In this document: positions 12,244-24,944 of the stretch, in pieces
Numbering within the stretch: the stretch's first letter is position 1
How the letters are laid out: every line of letters begins with the position of its first letter
Origin: Oikopleura dioica
Taxonomy: Eukaryota > Animalia > Chordata
Assembly (NCBI GenBank): GCA_907165135.1
Contig: OU015566.1
Span: 1,364,001 to 1,428,000, forward strand
Reading direction: 5' to 3'
Length of the DNA stretch: 64,000 nt
Position numbers and translations under genes: made by a program
The notes under the pieces: generated by a model
The model's database searches: none
Seen by the model: the letters and a program-made list of their open reading frames with translations, nothing else
Told to the model about the DNA's origin: nothing

Positions 12244-14416
12244 ATGGAGTTTTCTTCAACTCGAATTCGAAAACGCGGCGTCACCGATTTCCTCACTTCC
12301 TACGAACACAACTGCATTCTCCAAGACACGATTCCACTCAAACTCGTCAAGGACTCCTATCAATCGAATTGCCTCGCTCTCGACGTTTCAAAACTCAGAT
12401 ACGAAGATTGGTCGCCGCTTTTGAATTCCCTCGCGACGGCGAAGACGATTCAAAAAATCCGCTTCAGCTCGAGCTGGCTCAATTCGAAGCCAGTTCCTGT
12501 CATTCATCAAGAAGCGGCACAGATTCAGACGCAAATTGCAAACTCGCTGAAGAAACTGTTTTCAAAGAAAAATGACCTGAACGAATTGAGCTTTGAGCAT
12601 TTCCCGATCAAGGGCGCTTCAAGTAAGTTTTGCCAAAAAACGATTTGAGGCAGAAAGAAATCTTTTAGTGACTGCTCTCGGCGAAGCTCTTCTCGGCCAA
12701 TTCTGCGAAATTTCGTCCCTTTCCTTGCGAGATTGCTCGATTGGCGATTTGGGCTACTCGCGATTGCAGAATTTTTTGCGTGGAAACTCGATTCTTCGAA
12801 AACTCGACGTTTCTTCGTGCGATTTGAGCGCCGTCGCGATGAGTATGATCGTCGATACGCTGAAGAGCCAGTTCATGATGGGACACGGAAAGAACTGGGA
12901 AGAGAACTTGCGGGAGGAGGAAAGAAATGTATCGAGCACGTATTCTTCTGGATTACAGACGATTAAAATAAACAAAAATCCAAGGGAGGGGTCTATTTCA
13001 GCGCCTAAGCTCGGCTTAAGCTTGGCAACCTGTGTAAAAAACCTGGGTCAGGGTCTAAAGGATCATTAACGAAAAGTTTGTTGCGGCTTATTTCAAAAAT
13101 ATGCCGCAAAAATACCTTTCGAATGTTCGGATTCCGGCTACGCGGCTTTTCATTCACGATCATTTAGGCCCTGACTCAGGTTTTCTACACACGTTCCCAA
13201 GCTGCACGGCTGTCTAAGGATAAACAGTCTGATAATTACTTCCTCGGCAAGAATAACAAAGACTATTTTTCTTTGCCAATAAAAGACATCCCTTTAAAAA
13301 GAATCGGTTCATCTGTGGTCGCCCTGTTTTCCTCGATCAGCGAAGACGATATCCGCTGCCTGGAGCGAGTAGAGCTGCGAAACTGCGGAATCCCATCGAA
13401 CCGCGAAGTCGACTACGCGCTGAGAGAACTCATCGAAAACGTCCCCCAAAAGCTGTCTGTTTTCGATCTCCGCCAAAATCCAATTCTTGACAATGATACA
13501 AGGTAACTTTCTGTCTCCGGGAAAGGTCGAGGAAATGTGCTTTTAGCCGGGCGTTGGTGCAGCTTTTGATGGCGACACTGATAGAAAATCACCCAAATGA
13601 TGATTACGAATCTTTGACGGGATCGAGAACAAGCTTTTCGCCGAAAAATAATAATAATAATAAGATTGCCTCAGGAACTGATTGTTAAAATTAGCATGGT
13701 CTCGGTATAGAGGGCACCTTTCCCTATCCCTTATATTGAACAACCAGTTTGAAGCAAAAATCAACACGAATCTGAAGCCAAGAAACCTCTCCGCGACCTA
13801 CGAAGTCATCCCTGTCCCTTCCGCCAAACAGAGCAAAAGAAAACCCAGCGCGGCGCACAAAAAGTTCCCCAATTCAGCCGAGACCGGCTCGGACAGCGAT
13901 TTATCCGATGATTTCGAATTGGAAGATATGGAATTTATTGATCTTCCCGGGTCGAGTAGTTCGAGTCCGAACAAGGCGGAGAAAACTGATTGGGAAAAAT
14001 TATATAACGAGGAGAAAGAGAAAAGGAAAGATGAGGAGAGGAAGAATAAGCTTTTACAAGGTAAATCTTACAGTAACTGAAAGCTACTGTAGTTTACCCT
14101 TGCTCGTTAACAACCATTTTTAGATAAATTCCAGCTTATGTCAAAACGAATGACCGAAATGGAAGAAATCGTCAGCGCAAAGAACACCGAAATTCGCCAC
14201 TTGAAAGAAGATCAAATCGGCCACGTCCTTGTCGACGAGAATTTTCTGGAAAATATCGAAGCTACTTTTAGCAAGTTCCAAGGTTTTTCTTTATTCTTAC
14301 GATCAGGAACTTACTGCTTTCTAGGCTTTCTTCAGCGATTGAATAATCTTGGAATCTCAGAAATCCAGAACTTACCGGATTTTCAAAATCTAATCGAGCT
14401 CACTTCCGATCAATAA
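12244..14416 (+). CDS. CEP78: Centrosomal protein of 78 kDa (LRR plus coiled coil)
   Basis: N-terminus DFLTSYEHNCILQDTIPL..LRYEDWSPLLNSL, LRRs (LSLRDCSIGDLG, LDVSSCDLS, VELRNCGI, FDLRQNP) and C-terminal FLENIEATFSKFQGFL all resemble CEP78. Confidence 0.88.
13019..13203. mobile_element. MITE of the cctgactcagg family, intronic in CEP78
   Basis: ~46-bp imperfect TIRs: agcttggcaacctgtgtaaaaaacctgggtcagggtctaaaggatc (13019-13064) versus the reverse complement of 13158-13203. Confidence 0.8.
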
Positions 14417-14789
14417 TTGCTTACTATCACTTCATTTCATATTCACAGTCCTTGCAGTCGAAACCGAATAATTCTTACTGTACTTCCCGATCTCATTTCA
14501 ACCCTAAAAAACTTCCACTGTTAAAAACTTTCAAGTACACATCACTCGACCAGTCCTAATGTTTTACGAATGCCCTAAAACATTCCAAAAATCTTTAAAA
14601 AAAAACGCTTTGAACACCTCACCATCTAAGGAGAGGGGATACGATATTTAAGTTATTTTCACTCAACTTTCATCTTTTGTTTCCGGTGTGCTTTTTTGTT
14701 TTTCATTTTTCAGTTCAGCTTTTTTCTCTATTTTTTATTCTATTTTATTCTATTCTATCCGTTATTGAATACTTTTTCTTCAGGAAAAA

Positions 14790-16558
14790 ATGTCTTGGAG
14801 GGTCGATGTAAAGAAGCCCAAGAAACTGAACTAGGATCGACAAATGCCCCCGAAATCCGGATCGGGTTTTCATCGGATTTTCTTGAGCTCTGATTTTTCC
14901 GATCGGGTTTTTGTCGGGTTTTCGTCGGGTTTTTGTCGGGTTTTTTATCGGGTTTTTGTAGGATTTTTTTCGGGTTTTTGTCGGGTATTTTTCGGGTTTT
15001 TATCGGGTCTTTGTCGGGTTCTCGTCGGGTTTTCACAACACTGAAGTTAAATCAAATAAATTGAATCCAAATCGGCGAAAATGGACATAATTTTTGGCTA
15101 ACAGAAGTTTTGGTGCTCTCTTTAAAGAAACTGATGAGTAGATACGATGAGAAACCCGACAAAAATACCCTACAAAAACCCGATAAATGACCCTACAAAA
15201 ACCCGATTTTCTAGGGTCGCCAAAATTTCAACGTCGGGTTTTTGTAGGGTAGGCGGAATCCAACAAAAACCCGACAAAAACGTCGGTTTTCGATCGAGTG
15301 TCGGGTGGGACTTGTCGATCCTAGAAACTGAAGAAGCAAAAGCTTCCGACATTTTTCACAAGAACTGTGGTTGTTTGGGGCCTCACAGAGGAGCAGAAGA
15401 CGGCTGAATTTGTCAAGGATCATCTGTGCACACAGGGAAAGATCGAAACGATAACAATTATCAAGAAAAAACAAGGTACAAATTACACAAATCGGGGAGG
15501 AGTACTGTCAAAAGCCCTCTTTTTCAAAGACTGACTCATAAAACCTTCATTTTTTAGCAATCAAGGTTCGATTTCGCCACCAAGACGACGCGATCAAAGT
15601 CCGATCGAACAAAAAACTCTTCAAAGAATGGCCAAATATCTACTTGAAATACGGAAAGGATGAAAGATCAGTTTCCATCGCTCCAAATCTTGACGAAGAA
15701 CTCGCTGATTTAGCCAATTTAGCAGGTTCCGACAAAAGAAAAAATCTAAATTAAACAGTTTTTAGGGTCATTTTCTTTCGCCTCGGCAAAAGATCAAGAA
15801 AATGCTTCGACAAAGTCGCTGGAAGATTCGCTGATGCTCGACGACGCTGAGGAAATGTCGATCGCAGCGACTTCTGTGACGGGCTTGTCGGAACGAGGGG
15901 CGTTGATGAAGAAACTGCAGAAGCATTCGAAGATTCAAGAAAGCATGCAGGAAGAAATGGACGTTGCCTCGATGATAAGCTCGAAGATTAATGCACTGCC
16001 TCCAACGTTAGTGACAGAGAAGGCCTCTTTTGATTTCAAAATTATTCTTTTAAGATTCCACGAATTCACAGTCCCAGAAAACGAGCGCATCAATTTGGAA
16101 GAAATTCTCGCCGAAAAACTTCTCGATAACGAACTCATGGACGGAATCTCAACAGCGATAAAATGCCGCTTCGTCATTCTTTCTCCCGTCGCTTGGGTTC
16201 CCTGGATCAAAGCGCATCTTGGACTCGATTCTGACATGGTCCACGTGATCAAGGATCAATCCAAGATTTTCATCAGACTTTTTAGCTGGTCTGAATCAAG
16301 ACAGGTACTTGAAGTTATATATTTATGAATATATGAAGGCTACGTGGCCTAAGTGACAAACAAGGCCACTACAAATTCCCTTTTTTCAAGATTGACGATG
16401 CATTCGACGGGATTCTTTTGGTAAACCACAACGACGCAAAGCCAGATTACACATTCGAAGCCAAGAAATTGCCAGAAATCAAGTTCAACGTCCCTTCCAA
16501 CGCGAAAAACAACACTTTTGACAGGAAACGATCTTCAAAATTTTCAAATATTAAATGA
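14790..16558 (+). CDS. Uncharacterised protein with an N-terminal RRM-like fold; exon 1 interrupted by a MITE
   Basis: ATG at 14790 after tttttcttcag. With the insert removed: MSWRVDVKKPKKLKKQKLPTFFTRTVVVWGLTEEQKTAEFVKDHLCTQGKIETITII..AIKVRFRHQDDAIKV (beta-alpha-beta pattern). Stop at 16556-16558. Confidence 0.65.
14831..15324. mobile_element. 494-bp MITE, copy A, with 8-bp TSD (hAT-like), inserted in an exon
   Basis: Termini ctaggatcgacaa...ttgtcgatcctag; TSD aaactgaa at 14823-14830 and 15325-15332; internal gtcgggtttt repeats. Confidence 0.95.
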
Positions 16559-17297
16559 ATATTTTTTCGAATGAAAATTTTCACACAAACATTCAATAAA
16601 AAATCGTCAACAAAGCGAGCTTCGAAATCAATTCAGAAACACTCTTCGTCAATCCTTCGCGAAATTCGCTGCCAACTGAATTTTTTAACTATTTTCTTTC
16701 TCGATTCTTTTTTTTTTCATTTTTTCAGCCATTTATTTTGCCATCTTTTTAGTCAGCAAAAAGCGAGCTTTTAAAGCTTAATTCTCCTTTCTGTTCCTTT
16801 AACTCACTGATAACTATTTATAATAAAACTTCCATTTACTACGACAGTTTTTAAAAATATTTCTTGTGGGAATTTTGTAGGGGGGCAAGAAATCAATTTA
16901 TTCGGGATGACAGCGCAAAGTGTCGAAAATTATAACAAAAAAAAATCGATTTTCACAACATTTTTTGTGATTTTTGTGAAAAAAATAAGGGTATCACTAT
17001 TTTATTTCCGGAAGAAAAAGCTGCCGGAAAATGGTGATTACAGATGTCTCCCTCCTTAAAAAATAAATTGGGCTCAATTCTCATCTTTTACCAAATATTC
17101 TCCCCGCGGGCACGTCGATTGCAGCGAATCCCTTGAATTTCAACCCTTTTTCGTTGTCATCGCCTGTTTTTCTTCTTCCGCCAAAAAGAAGATATTTATT
17201 TATTTTAAAAAGTGACAAGTTCAGCAATGTCTTGAAATGAAGTCCACGAAGTTGCAAGTTTTCGTTTCGTAAGAAAAAAAAGAAGAAAAAAGGGTTG

Positions 17298-20200
17298 ATG
17301 AATCAGAGATACGCAAAAGAAGCGAAAGGAAATTTGAATCGCAAACGCTTTCCGAAATCTGTTGTTATTGCCCATGGTAAGTCAAATGATCACGAGGTTC
17401 CTCGATATTTAATATTTTGGGGGAAATTGACAGGACTCCGGAAACTTTCGAAATGAATACGACTCGTGCAATGAGGGGAATATATTTTCCAATCATAATT
17501 TTAAGCCATCCGATGAAGATTTTGACTAGGCGGAAATCGCCCGTCTGGGCAAAATTAAGCTCCGGAATTTAGCATATGCGGAGTCTTCAAGTCAAACCAC
17601 GAGACTCAAATGACTTTTGAAAGACCATCACATGAACAATTTAAAGAGCATTCCTGTGGAAAAAACCTGAGTCAAGGTCTTGAAAGAGCTTTGATTATAT
17701 AAAGAAGAGCCGCGTTATACCCTAGGATCGACAAGTCCCACCCGACACCCGATCGAAAACCGACGTTTTGTCGGGTTTTTGTTGGATTCTCCCGACCCTA
17801 CAAAAACCCGACGCTAAAATTTTGGCGACCCTACAAAATCGGGTTTTTATAGGGTCATTTATCGGATTTTTGTAGGGTATTTTCGTCGGGTTTTTCTTCG
17901 GATCTACTTATCAGTTTGGTTAAAGATAGTACCCGAAATTCTGTTAGCCAAAAATTATGTCTTTTTTCGCCGATTTGAATTCATTTTACTTGATTCAACT
18001 TCAGTGTTGTGAAAACCCGACAAGAACCCTACAAAGACCCGATAAAAACCCGAAAAATACCCTACAAAAACCCGAAAAATGCCCTACAAAAATCCGATTA
18101 AAACCCGACAAAAACCCGACGAAAACCCGACAAAAACCCGATCGGAAAAATCAGACTTCAAGAAAATCCGACGAAAACCCGATCCGGATTTCGGGGGCAT
18201 TTGTCGATCCTAGGTTATACCAATCTTCTTTTGATTTTTGCGGCAATTCTGTTAAATCTCTTGCAGAACCCTAACTCAGGTTTCTATTTTCCCTATCTTC
18301 TGTCAAATGAGCATTCATACAATAATCTTGTCTTTTAGCGCGAACAAACTCTGCGAGTTCAACGCCGCGCTCGTCGCCAAACAATTCGCCGATGCTGATT
18401 GACGGGAGGAGCCGCGATGGATCACCATGCAACTCTCCGCGCCACAATCCATCGATTCGCAGCGTCATTTCCGTCACCAACAAAGATTCAAGCTCAGGAA
18501 GAGGCGTAAAGAGAAAATCAACGGATCTGGACCAGCCGCGGAAAAGGGAGAAAAGCTCCAAATCATCGAAAAAGAAATCGAAAGAAAAATCGAGCAAGAA
18601 GAGCAGCAGTTTTCATAACTCAAATAGTTCAAAAAGCGAGAGTAGAAATGGCCGTAGTGGCGGGTCGGATTCGAAGAGCCACAAAATGCTCAAAGAGATT
18701 AAGAGGGAAATTAACATGGACTCGCCGAGCAGTAGTAGATCTCCTTTGTCGAATATTTCTCAGGTAAAGAAGAAACATCTAAAAAAGGGTCGAAATTTCA
18801 ACTAAAAAGCTACGCTAGGGAATCTGTGTAGATACCTGATAGTCAGGTCCTGATTCAGGATTCTTATAAAAGCTGGTGCAAATAGCAGCAAAAGCTTATT
18901 TAACACACTACAGACCCTCCCCAACAAGGTGCAAAAGAGAGAATCGAAATATCTCGACTCTAACACCTTCAAAAAGGCTCCACCATTTTTGGGCACACTT
19001 ATAAAAAACCTGTTAATTCTACTTTAGTAGAATTAACTGAAAACCTTTGATAGAAATTCATGTAACTCAGGACCCTTACTCAGGTTTTCGCATATCGTGG
19101 CGCCCAGGTTAAACTTCACCGCAAGATTTACCTCTTACAAGAGCCTTTGCGGTGACTTTTAACGAGACGGTCATTCGGGTTCGCATATTTTCTATAGATA
19201 ACTATCAAAACTCATACTTTTTTCAGCTCGCTGAGCCAGAACACTACACCGACAACGAGTCAGAGCCAGATCAGCTGCCATCGCCACCCGGAAAACCGGC
19301 AAAAGCCGCCGCTCCCAGTCGTCCCGTCCATCAAAAGCCGATTCCCGAAGCGCTCCAAAAACTTATCCCCCTTTCATCCCTGACCACTCTTACACCGTTT
19401 CAAATGGCGAATCCAGATCAATCGAAGATTTTCGGAAAACCGGTTGATTCCAACGCCGATTCGAACACTCGACAGAAAATTGACTTTCACACCCTCGCCA
19501 CGGGAAAGTCCGGTTTGTTGACAAACGAGTTTGAGTCGAACGGACATGCGGGAGAAAATGGAATGGATGGAAATTATACGTCAGACTCGCTTGATTCTCT
19601 CAGGTAATTATTTTGCCACACATCGCGATTCAAGATGTTTTAAATTGATCCGAAATTATCATATACGAATCCCATGGGAGGAGAGAATTATTTGATCATT
19701 ATGATAGAAGAATTTCTCTTCCATTTATATTCATGCAGTGATTCCTTTTTCTGATTGATTTTTCTTGCTTCTCTTCCCAAGTTGGGACGAAGATTAGTTG
19801 ATATTCTTATCTGTTCATATTTGATGATTCTTCCCGTTTCTTATCGTAAATTCTAGCGATCTCGAACACATCCCCGAAGACGATCTCCAGCGCTTGAGCC
19901 TGACCTTCCTTAACCGCTACGCTGCCGGCGACCAACAATGGTGCGAAGACTACCCGGAGCACGGGATGCCTTGTCGCAAGTGCGGCCAGAAAGGACACAC
20001 GGTCATCAACTGCACAAGTCCGCCCAGTGAAAAATGCGTCCTATGCGGCGCATACGATCATCATCATAATTACTGCCCAGATACGTGCGAATTGGAGTAC
20101 AAGAACTTCGTCATTCCTTGCTTTCATTGTAGACAAGCTGTAAGTAGATCGAATTAAAAATTGTAAACAGAACGACCACCCTAGGGCTTAGGCCGCCTAG

Positions 20201-20885
20201 CTAGAGCTCCTAAGTCAGAGCACAATACGGTTAAAAATTTCAGCCCTTATAATAACGTCTTTGCGCCTTACTCCCAGGCATTAGGCGGCGTTTTACCGGC
20301 TCTCGGACAGTGGAAAAAATACACCCGGCATTCTGTGCTGGGATAACTAACAGGGGTGCCCAGTTTTCCTTCCGCTCTGATTCATGACAGATGCCAGCTA
20401 TGGAAATACGGGTACATCAGGGTAAAGACAGGGGAGACCAGTTTGGTAAAAATTATCACGATCGTATGATACGTATCAATCCGTCAATCGCAAGCCATTA
20501 TTTTTTGAATAAACCATCCAGATTAAATGCATTCCTTGTGACTCTCAATATTTAGCGTCTAAAAATCTCCATTTTTTCCTGTATTGACAATGATATTTAG
20601 GGGCATCTAGGGCGCAACTGTCCAGATCACTGGCGTCAATTCCACCGGACGACCAGTTCCAAATTCACCCCGTTCGATAACAGCGCGAATGCGAAAGTGC
20701 CGTCGTGCTACAACTGCGCAGGGCAGCATTACGGGCACGAGTGCACGCGCGAACGCATCAGCACGCACGGGCCCGTCCTCAAACCCACCGTTACCAAGCG
20801 CCTCACCGAGCACCAATCACAGATCTTTGACGAGAGCGGCAAGATCAAACGCGAAACAAGGAGGAGATCTAATAATAAGAGGTAA
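17298..20885 (+). CDS. ZCCHC7: Zinc-knuckle protein ZCCHC7/Air1-2-like (TRAMP subunit); both ends approximate
   Basis: CCHC knuckles CRKCGQKGHTVINC, CVLCGAYDHHHNYC, CFHCRQAGHLGRNC and CYNCAGQHYGHEC, plus the Air-family CPDHWRQFH motif; Ser/Lys-rich N-terminus. Confidence 0.82.
17650..18290. mobile_element. Older cctgactcagg-family MITE hosting the nested copy B
   Basis: Left arm gtggaaaaaacctgagtcaaggtcttgaaagagc and right arm tctcttgcagaaccctaactcaggtttctattttcc are complementary and lie either side of the 492-bp element. Confidence 0.6.
17722..18213. mobile_element. 492-bp MITE, copy B, inverted relative to copy A, with 8-bp TSD
   Basis: Same ctaggatcgacaa termini; perfect TSD gttatacc at 17714-17721 and 18214-18221; close reverse complement of 14831-15324. 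Confidence 0.95.
18815..19112. mobile_element. Degenerate cctgactcagg-family element in a ZCCHC7 intron
   Basis: Weak inverted arms around caggtcctgattcagg and caggacccttactcaggttttc. Confidence 0.4.
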
Positions 20886-21254
20886 GTTCATGGTTTAAAT
20901 CAACCCTTTACTCCCTTTTTTCAGAAAGAACATTTAATCCAACCCTCGCCGAAAACAAAGAACTTCTGCCCGATTTTATCTGCGTCGATTTTTTCCCTAC
21001 TCGAATTCTTATTTTCTGTATCTGGTGCTATTTGCTCTTCCCAAATGCATTTCAGGCACACACTGCCTTTTTATTCTTATTTTCAATAAATAATTATGTT
21101 GCATCCACTGTTCAAAAATTCTCTTTCTCCCTTTTATTTCTTGAGTTCAAACTGAGTCGCTTTTTTATGATATTTTCTAATTCGCGAAGGAGTTTTTTCG
21201 AATAAAATATGCCTTCGCAGAAAAAATATGGGTATTGCTGGATAACTGGATGTT

Positions 21255-21400
21255 GGACTTGGCAACCTTTAAAGAAAACCTTACCAGTTTCCTGAAAGAG
21301 GCTCTTTCAAAGAGCTTAAAGCGCATCATTTGAATATGAATCCGTCAAGCTCTTTAACGACCCTGACTCAGGTTTTCTACTAAGGCTCGTGAGGCCAGAA
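21255..21400. mobile_element. Degenerate cctgactcagg-family MITE
   Basis: acttggcaacc..agaaaacc left arm and ccctgactcaggttttctac right arm match the family termini. Confidence 0.55.
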
Positions 21401-22061
21401 GTATAGAGATAGTTTCTCTGTTTACCTGTTACTGTTACGTTATAATTGTGACCCCTCCCCATTTATATAGTATTTGCTACGACGATACTTTTTCCGTCAT
21501 GATTCTCCTCGAGCACTGGTTTGTTAAATGATGATTATAAATGATCCTCATTTTCCTCCCGTTCTCATTTAGAAAAGATAGAGAATTATAAAAAGAGCGA
21601 CTCATTTTCTCCCGTAAATTGAGTAATTATTAATTTCCAAATATCTCCTCCAGTCTCAAAGTTTTTTCTATCTCTTGACGCAGATACCACTTATATCTAA
21701 AACAGAAAAGTTTCAAATAAAATAATCTTGCCTTCTCTTTCAAATTTTCTGTAAGCAACCAAAAAAGTAAAACTACCAGTGTCCCTGATTTATTGATAAA
21801 AAACCCGACCTGAGTTTTGATAAAAAGGACTGTAGCGAATTTTATATTTTAGACCTCTGGTCAGTCAGATAACCTGGCTGGAAGTAAGCGAACACGAGAT
21901 ATGATCCAGCCCGCCGCCCAGGTTGACGGGCGGGGGACAGGAATGGGTTAAATGAACTTTAGGTAATACCTGTGGCATTTGCCATTATCTGGGCTCGGAA
22001 ATGCACCTGAATATTTCGAAAGGGATAGGGATTTTTCTTCTATGAAGGGAGATTTTTTCCA

Positions 22062-24624
22062 ATGTCAGATCCTAATTTGATAACTTTTTTTAACCTTGAA
22101 CAAGAAGAAGACTCAGAAAATGACGAAGACTTATTCAACTTTCGCTCACTTTTTCGCCACATGCATGGAGAAGCCAGGCGGCTATATAGCGTTAGTTTTC
22201 TCCTTGGAATCCCCCTCTTATCCGTAAATTAAGGGCCTCTCCTGTGATATCGCCCGCTCGGAGCGCAATCTCCGCCTGAATCGCTACAGTAACGTAAGCC
22301 CGTACGATTCGACACGAATCATCCTTTCGGAAGTAGACGGCACCGACTACATTAATGCAAACCTCGCACATTCCAGCGCAGAACCTCAACTAACCTATAT
22401 TTTAAGTAAGTTCCGAACCCCGGTTTTCCGATTTTTAACCTGTTTTTTTTCAGCTCAAGGCCCACTCAGATCGACAGTAGATGATTTCTGGCGAATGGCG
22501 TGGGAGAAAAACGTGACAAACATTGTGATGCTGAATAAACTCTTTGAAAATGGAAGGAAAAAATGTGAACAGTACTGGCCAGAGCTCGTTGGATTGTATA
22601 TGAATTGCTCGGCCGGGCCGGACATCACTTATAAAATTACGCTCAAAGGTAAGCTCTACTGAAAGAGGGTGCTTTGACCCGAAAGAGTCAAGCGAACACC
22701 GGGCTGGCCCAGATTTTTTCTCCTGTTGTCACAACTCGGAATTCTGTCGAGCGGCTGGACTCTAGCCCACTTCCGTATGACATTTGAATGTCAATCCAGT
22801 TAGACTGGTTCATATTTTTCCATTTCACCCTTGTTTCAAATCATCAAATTTCCGTTCAGATGAAAAACACGACGAGCACGATCGCTTCGTGGTGCGTCAA
22901 TTCGAACTCGAGCGGAGCGACTCTTCTCAAAACTCGACGGAAATGAGAACCATCACACAGTTCCATTACATCGCCTGGCCGGATTTTGGCGTCCCAGAAA
23001 CTACCAGAGACTTTGGCGATTTCTTCCATCTTTTAAATAAACATGATTGCTTCAGTTCCGCCTCACGTCCTAGGTAAAGATTTAATCAAGGGAAAAAGCA
23101 TTTATTCTGACTTAGCATTGTTCACTGCTCCGCTGGAATCGGTCGAACAGGGACGCTAATTCTTGTCGATTCATGCCTCAAGCTTTTGTCGAAGCAGAAA
23201 TGTGACAAGGTCGAGCAAGCCGATCTCATTGACATGGCATATCGCGAAGTGCTCTATCTCCGACAATTCCGCGCTGGTCTCATTCAGGTAGACTCCTTTC
23301 TCGACTCCTAACTCAATCCACTTTCAGACAGCGGATCAACTAGAATTCTCAATCAGTTCAATCGAAGTCCTCTACAACGAGTACTTGTTAACTCTCAACG
23401 ACCAAGTTGAAAATACTCCACCACCAACAACAACTGAAGATGCTTCAAACGGAAAACCGGAGGAACTTTCGGGCAAAGAAAAAATTGACTTTTCCTCATC
23501 ATCAGAAACAACAGAAACTTCAGATGAAGAGCCAGCTACTTCAGAAGCTACTGTCGAAACTCAAGATGAAATTCAAGGTAAGAAATCTTTACGTTCACCG
23601 GGATACCTGCTTCTTATGGACAATTTATGCAGATCCTGACTCAGGAGTCCTGACTGAGGACTCCCACACTGTAGCTCTGCAAGTTTTCCCCGAAATCTGA
23701 GTCAGTAGGCTCCTTGCTTTAGCCCCTGACTCAGATTTCGGACACATATTGAGAGGGAGGTTAGACTGAGAGTCTTTGAAACGGGTATATAGCGGTGTTT
23801 ATAATTTTAAATTTTTTGTTCAGGTGAAACTTCAATGACATCTCCACCCTGCGAAGCTGGCGACTCTCCAAAAAGAAAACCTGAACAGGGTAAAATTCGA
23901 AAACTTAACCCAAGTAGTAGTTGATACGAGCTTTTACCAGCACCCAATCAAAAAGTCACAAACTGAGAAATAGTCCTCCCTCCTTGTTTTTCTCGCTTCC
24001 TGTATCCTTCATGGCCTTATCAGCAGTTAATACAGTTTATTTTCGTTTACGGGTCTTCCTAGATCGATAAAAATATAAATGCGCTTCTCTCCTTACGTAC
24101 TTTGCTTGCCCTAAGCTTCAAAAATCAAGAAAAAAAATAGCGACTCAATCTTACAACTGTCGAAATTGAAAAAAATAACGAAATAGTTTTAAGCTTTAAC
24201 ACTAATTGATTTTAGAGAAAATAATGGAGCTGCGAGAGCGCGTCGCCATGATCAAGAACAAAATGAGAGAGGTTGACCGACAAAGAGAAGAAGCAAAAAT
24301 AAGGAGACCTAAACTCTGTAAGTCAGCTTGACCGGCATAAGGTTTCTTTGAGCTTCAAGCTCAAGCTTTCTGAGCGAGTGGAGCCCGTCGGCTCAATATA
24401 AGCCAGCTCTGATTGAGCTGAGCTCGCTCAAAATGCTCGATCTTAGCTCAAATCCGCTCAAAATTAGTTCGTTCTCTTTATTAAACTCCTTTTTTGCAGT
24501 TATTGCGATTGGCGTCGGAATAGCAGTCGGAATCGGCGCGTGGTACTGGTTCAACGGAAAAGAAGCGCCTTCAGTATCTGATGCAATCGACGAAAGCTAC
24601 GTTTCGGTGGAAGTTGAACTCTAG
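22062..24624 (+). CDS. PTPN1/PTPN2-like: Non-receptor protein tyrosine phosphatase, PTP1B/TC-PTP-like, tail-anchored
   Basis: NRYSNVSPYD, DYINA, TQGPL..TVDDFWRM, KCEQYWP, WPDFGVP, VHCSAGIGRTG, FRAGLIQTADQL; C-terminal TM IAIGVGIAVGIGAWYWF. Confidence 0.93.
23690..23741. repeat. Perfect 16-bp hairpin (ccgaaatctgagtcag / ctgactcagatttcgg) in a PTP intron
   Basis: Arms at 23690-23705 and 23726-23741; neighbouring cctgactcagg copies suggest a MITE remnant. Confidence 0.8.
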
Positions 24625-24944
24625 AAACAACCCTCAGCTGCATATTTATTCGCCAACACAACTCGACATTGTCTTCAATCTCCTGAATTTTTTTCTTTGC
24701 ACAATTCTCAATTCAAATTTAACCTGATTTTTACTTTTTTCCTTTTTCGAATAAAAAAAAGAAGGCTTGAAATTTTAAGGTTTTTTTACCCATATTTTCC
24801 TACAGAATCTCCATCTGATAACGAATATCTTCATCCAATCCTCTAATTGGTCCTTTCTGATAATTCTCTAAATCGACCAATCAAGGGATAGGATGAGGGC
24901 TTTCGTTGTTCTAGTATGGTTCTGTGGAGCTGAATTTGCGTTTT

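Noticed and set aside
14755-18274. KNPTKTRQKPD-repeat ORFs (14755-15036, 15147-15407, 17957-18274)
   Set aside because: They lie wholly within the non-coding MITE copies; no transposase motifs.
20165-20615. Apparent exonic insertion with a ctagggc duplication in ZCCHC7
   Set aside because: A canonical intron ending tttag|ggg cat cta gives a perfect CX2CX4HX4C knuckle, so no insertion is needed.
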